Below are positions 60,005 through 64,000 of a stretch of 64,000 nucleotides of DNA, in pieces; position 1 is the first letter of the stretch; each line of letters opens with the position of its first letter. Position numbers and translations under genes: made by a program. The stretch is taken from assembly GCF_009914755.1 (NCBI RefSeq), contig NC_060935.1, one strand, 5' to 3'. The DNA is from the human T2T-CHM13v2.0 reference genome, Homo sapiens. The notes beneath the pieces were generated by a model. The model worked only from the letters and a program-made list of their open reading frames with translations. It did not search any database and was not told the DNA's origin.

Positions 60005-61403
60005 CGTAGAGTGCCAGCAAAGGGATGGTGGCCAGCTCAGCATTCCACTGGAGGCTATATGATCAAACAGCAAACTGTTTATCATGAATGCAGGATGTGA
60101 GCAAACTCACACTGTGCCTGCTGCCAAAAGGTTTGCTGAGGGCCATCACTTCCTGGCACAGGGCTCCTTGAAGTTATCTCCTGAGACATTTAACACCAAT
60201 TGTTGTGAACCAAATGGCTGACTGACAATTGCCTGACAACTACCCACCCCTCCTGGCTATTTCTTTTGCCTGATAAATACGGAGGGCTGTGTATAGCTCA
60301 GGGCCCTTGCTTACTAGAGTAAGGAGCCCTCTGACCCCTTCTTCCAAATATATTTTCTTTTTTCTTTGTCTTTGTTTAGTCCACCAGGGATCATGGCCAG
60401 AATAAAATTAATCCTGAGTTACAAACTGAAGTGGCAATGTTAAAATCCACAGTCCTATGATTAGAGGAACAAGTACAAAGCCTGCAGTTGTAGCAGCAAT
60501 TTTGTTGCCATTTTAACCACACTCATATTTGTGTAACCAACTTAGAATATAACCAAAGTGAGTATCCATGGCACCATGGCACCGTGTGAAAGCCAATTGA
60601 AGGGAGCTTTCACATCCAATATCATCTTTGATATCAGTGAATTACAAAACAAAATTCTTGATTTAAATAGGCAAACTCAAGAATTTCAGCCTTAGAAGAC
60701 TGGGCCAAATTCCAGCAAGGCCTGGAGAGCCTCAACCCTTGGACCTATCTAAGGTACCACATTAACATCTTATATGTAGTTCTTGGAATAATGTTGTTTT
60801 GTCTCTGTCTTCTGTTCATAGTCTGTAAAATCAGATGGACTGCTAAACAGAAAATGAGGTCTGCCCACCCTGGCCTTACCTTCTTTTAATTAATCCATAA
60901 ACAGAAATGGGGAGATGTAGAGAGCCAGCAAAGGGATTGTGACCAGCTCAGCATTCCACTGGAGGCTATATGATCAAACAGCAAACTGTTTACCATGAAT
61001 GCAGGATGTAGGCAAACTCACATCTGTGCCTGCCACCAGAAGGTTTGCTGAGGGCCATCACCTCCTGGCACTGGGCTCCTTGAAGTTATCTCCTGAGACA
61101 TCTAGCACCAATTGTTCATGGAATACAGCCTCGCAAGCCTGCTGTGAACCAAAGGGTGAACTGACAGTTACCTGACAACTACTCACCCTCCTCGCTATCT
61201 CTTTTGCCTAATAAATATTGAGGGTTGTGTAAACCTCAGGGCCCTTTTTCACTAGAGGCAAGGTGCCCCCGACCCCTTCTTCCAAATATACTCTTTGTCT
61301 CTTTGTCTTTTATTCCCGCATTCACCCCTTTTGTTCAGTCCACCAGGGATTGTAGCAGGTTACAAGTGGTGCCACGAACTGTGACAGAATCGGGTGCTTT
61401 ACA
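60005..61403 (+). mobile_element. Internally deleted HERV-K (HML-6/LTR3-like) provirus: 5' LTR, env TM remnant, PPT, 3' LTR, PBS-like extension
   Basis: Two direct LTRs (60005 to about 60397; 60916-61364) and a PPT (agaaatggggaga) before 60916. A tRNA-Lys-like PBS lies at 61367-61385. The 6-bp near-TSD is TGTTCC (59999-60004) / TTTTCC (61404-61409). Empty sites at about 23705 and 43365. Confidence 0.85.
60398..60890 (+). pseudogene. Betaretroviral env transmembrane-subunit remnant
   Basis: Manual translation from 60398 gives QNKINPELQTEVAMLKSTVL*LEEQVQSLQL*QQFCCHFNHTHICVTNLEYNQSEYPW, a heptad repeat plus CX7C loop. A hydrophobic TM-like stretch follows at about 60765-60825. Confidence 0.8.
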
Positions 61404-63799
61404 TTTTCCAACTATTCTAATTAACAAATCTATAATGACCTTACTGTCCCTTCCATTTAAAATATTGTTGATGTAAAAGTCATAGACCGTGTCTACACAC
61501 ATAAATGGATGAATTATTTACCTGCTAGAATACCCCAGAAGATATTGAAAAAGTGATTTTTTTTTGCTCAAGGTAGGGTATGTCTTCAGTTGGCATCTAG
61601 TCCTCTAGGTGTAATTTTTTTTGTCATACCCACCATTGCTTGTGAAAATGTGTGAAAGTTCTCAGCTTCTTGGGATGAGATTGGGGAGATGCAGAGACAT
61701 GGTTTCACTTAGGAAAGAAGTGATCTTAGGGATATCCTAGTTGAATGACTGAAAGACTGAAAAGTTTGGCTTCTGCCTATGGGAAAGCTCTGTCATTTGT
61801 TCTTCCATGAAGTTAAATCTCAGCATTTTTCTTGATAGGTACAAAGATTAGTAGCTGGACCCTGAATGTTATCACAAATCCTCAATCATAGTAAAGTGCT
61901 TCTGGTTGTTTCACCATAATTGAGAAAAATTTCAAGTAACAAATTGTAGTGTTGATACTTTTGCCACTAAATAATGGACTCATCTTGGTTAATTTCTAAG
62001 TATGTCAATTTGTATATAGTCATGCAAATTTAGGATCTTTGTTTTTTATGAAGAAATTTTTCAGCAGGTAAGAGCATTCAACTACCTTTGTAGAATAAAA
62101 TTTGACATTATGTTTAAGTATTTTTGTATTTTGGTCATCTGCTTTGGATAGTGCTATACTCCTCTAAAGACTGAGATAATGAGAGGCCTGTGTGGAACTG
62201 TGGAAACTGTAGCCACTAGGAACCAATTCTATATCCATGGATCAGCCATTTATACTCATGTGTTTTATGATCACACATAGATGCATGAGGTATCTACAGT
62301 AACCCTCAATGAAAGAAGCATTGCTTTTCTGGACCAAAAGGTGAGTATTTGAAACCATTGACAAGAGATATTCATTGAAAATTTCTGTGATATGTTGAAG
62401 TACAGGTAATGTCATAAATACCACATGATTTCATTGGATAAATTCTAATTGGGAAAATTAAGCCAAAAACATGGAAATTTATCACAATATACAACATATA
62501 TTTGGTTTTAATATACAGCCACATTGGTTGTCTTTTTCATTCTGCCAAATAAGAAGAAAAACATGTTCCATATTACATGTATAATAAGCCAATAAATTTA
62601 TAATTGTAATCTTAGGTTATGGAATGTTATATTTTATATACCATATTCATAAAGGTGAGCAATTACTCAAATATATTTGATTATGTAGTTTAAAATTGCA
62701 GATCATGTCAAACGTGTTAGAGTGTGAAGGAACCAATGCCTGTTATGTTCTGGAAGCATAATATGGATTTTAACTTATGAATCTAAAAATTATCCCAACA
62801 ATCATACTAGTAGATAAATATGCTGAGGAAAGTACTTAGTCTACTGTCATTTAAATAGATTTATATAACTGTGACTGTGAAATGTAATATTATAGAAGTT
62901 TTTTGTTATGGAATTTTATCTTTTAAAACTGGCTTGTTCTTAGGAAACACTGTTAAATCATTTTTTCTAGAAATACGTTAACTTAACGGTTTACATTGAA
63001 AGCCTAGTAATGCTGTCTTTCAGTTTCTAAAGTATTCCATATTTAATTACTTAAACTATAGAGGATCTTAAGTTTTTACAAGTATAAGTACTTAAGTTTT
63101 TAACTATAGAGGATCTCATGTTTTTACAAGTAGACATTTAAATTGCCAAATAGAATTATCCTGTTGAAGTCTAGTTTTGAAGATAGAAGAGGGAAAAGAC
63201 AGTAAACCTTTCAGGAAGTAAGGTGTGAAAAAATAACAGAATTGGCTATAGGCTACATTATTCCCTTTTGTTCTTCAGCAGATGTGTCTCTATCAGTCTA
63301 TAGCTTCAACAATGACAGAACTCTGGAATCAGCTGGAAGAGGTAATGTGAATGAGACATGTGGAATGTTCATCACTGCTGGCTTCTAGAGACAGCTCAAA
63401 CTCTGTCTGCACACATCCTCTTCCACTGCCAGATCTATGTAAATGGAATCATCTTGTCTACATTTGAGGTTTAGTAATTTTGCCATTTTTCTCATCAGCG
63501 AGTAATCAGGAAGTTTGGGTTTTTATTTCTACTTGTCCCATTGATCTCTGTAATTTAAATTTGTCCTTATCTATCTGATCTAGAGACTTTGAGAAATCAA
63601 TGTGTCCTGTTTTTCTTCTGAGCTTTCTTTTTTTTTTTTTATTCACTAGAATTTGGTCTGTGTTAGGCTACCCCAAGAAGCCTCTTGGGTCACCCCAGTG
63701 ACCAACAGGAGGTTGTGCTTCCAGTATTTCATCACTAAAAATCTTTATGAAGATTTTTAGGAGAATAATTGCTTCAATTATCACATTAATCTTAATCTG

Positions 63800-63860
63800 C
63801 TTATTAATAATTAATAAGAATAATTACAATAATTACTTATTGTTAATTACAATAATTACT
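63800..63860. repeat. AT-rich hairpin plus 17-bp direct repeat containing five TAATTA motifs
   Basis: cttattaat-a-attaataag inverted repeat (63800-63818); taattacaataattact at 63821 and 63844. Confidence 0.9.
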
Positions 63861-64000
63861 GTGTTTCCTGACTTGACTCTTTTTCTTTCATTTTCTACCA
63901 TTTAGCTCTACCTCTGATGAGGGGTCCAACTTTTCCACTATAATTCTGCCTGATCTTGTCAAGATACATTCCATCACAGATAAAATAGGTACTCATACAT

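Overview
Primate (hominoid-like) genomic DNA, AT-rich and heavily retrotransposed, with no intact protein-coding gene. From about 14.8 kb onward it is a head-to-tail tandem array of olfactory-receptor (OR4A subfamily) units on the + strand. Three OR pseudogenes lie at 17075, 27387 and 47689, and the upstream block of a fourth unit is cut off by the window end. The units show an A-B-A-B higher-order pattern. Copy-specific insertions include about a dozen LINE-1 pieces (L1PA2-PA7-like, a full-length L1PA4/5-like copy and a near-full-length L1PB1), an AluS, MaLR LTRs and a deleted HERV-K(HML-6)/LTR3-like provirus. Nearly all ORFs in the supplied track are L1 fragments or antisense noise. I found no evidence of a new multi-gene system. 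The most unusual signals are retrotransposition and rearrangement fossils: (i) an L1 integrated after splicing within its 5'UTR (SpIRE type); (ii) an L1 that apparently 3'-transduced an older L1 under one TSD pair; (iii) an ERV whose right end runs past the 3' LTR through a PBS-like sequence to a second TTACA end; (iv) an L1-L1 chimera forming an ~850-bp inverted repeat at the array edge; (v) many twin-primed L1s, with two near-coincident breakpoint pairs; (vi) a copy-specific multiplication of TAATTA homeodomain motifs in a putative OR promoter. Subfamily and paralogue names come from remembered diagnostic motifs, not database searches.
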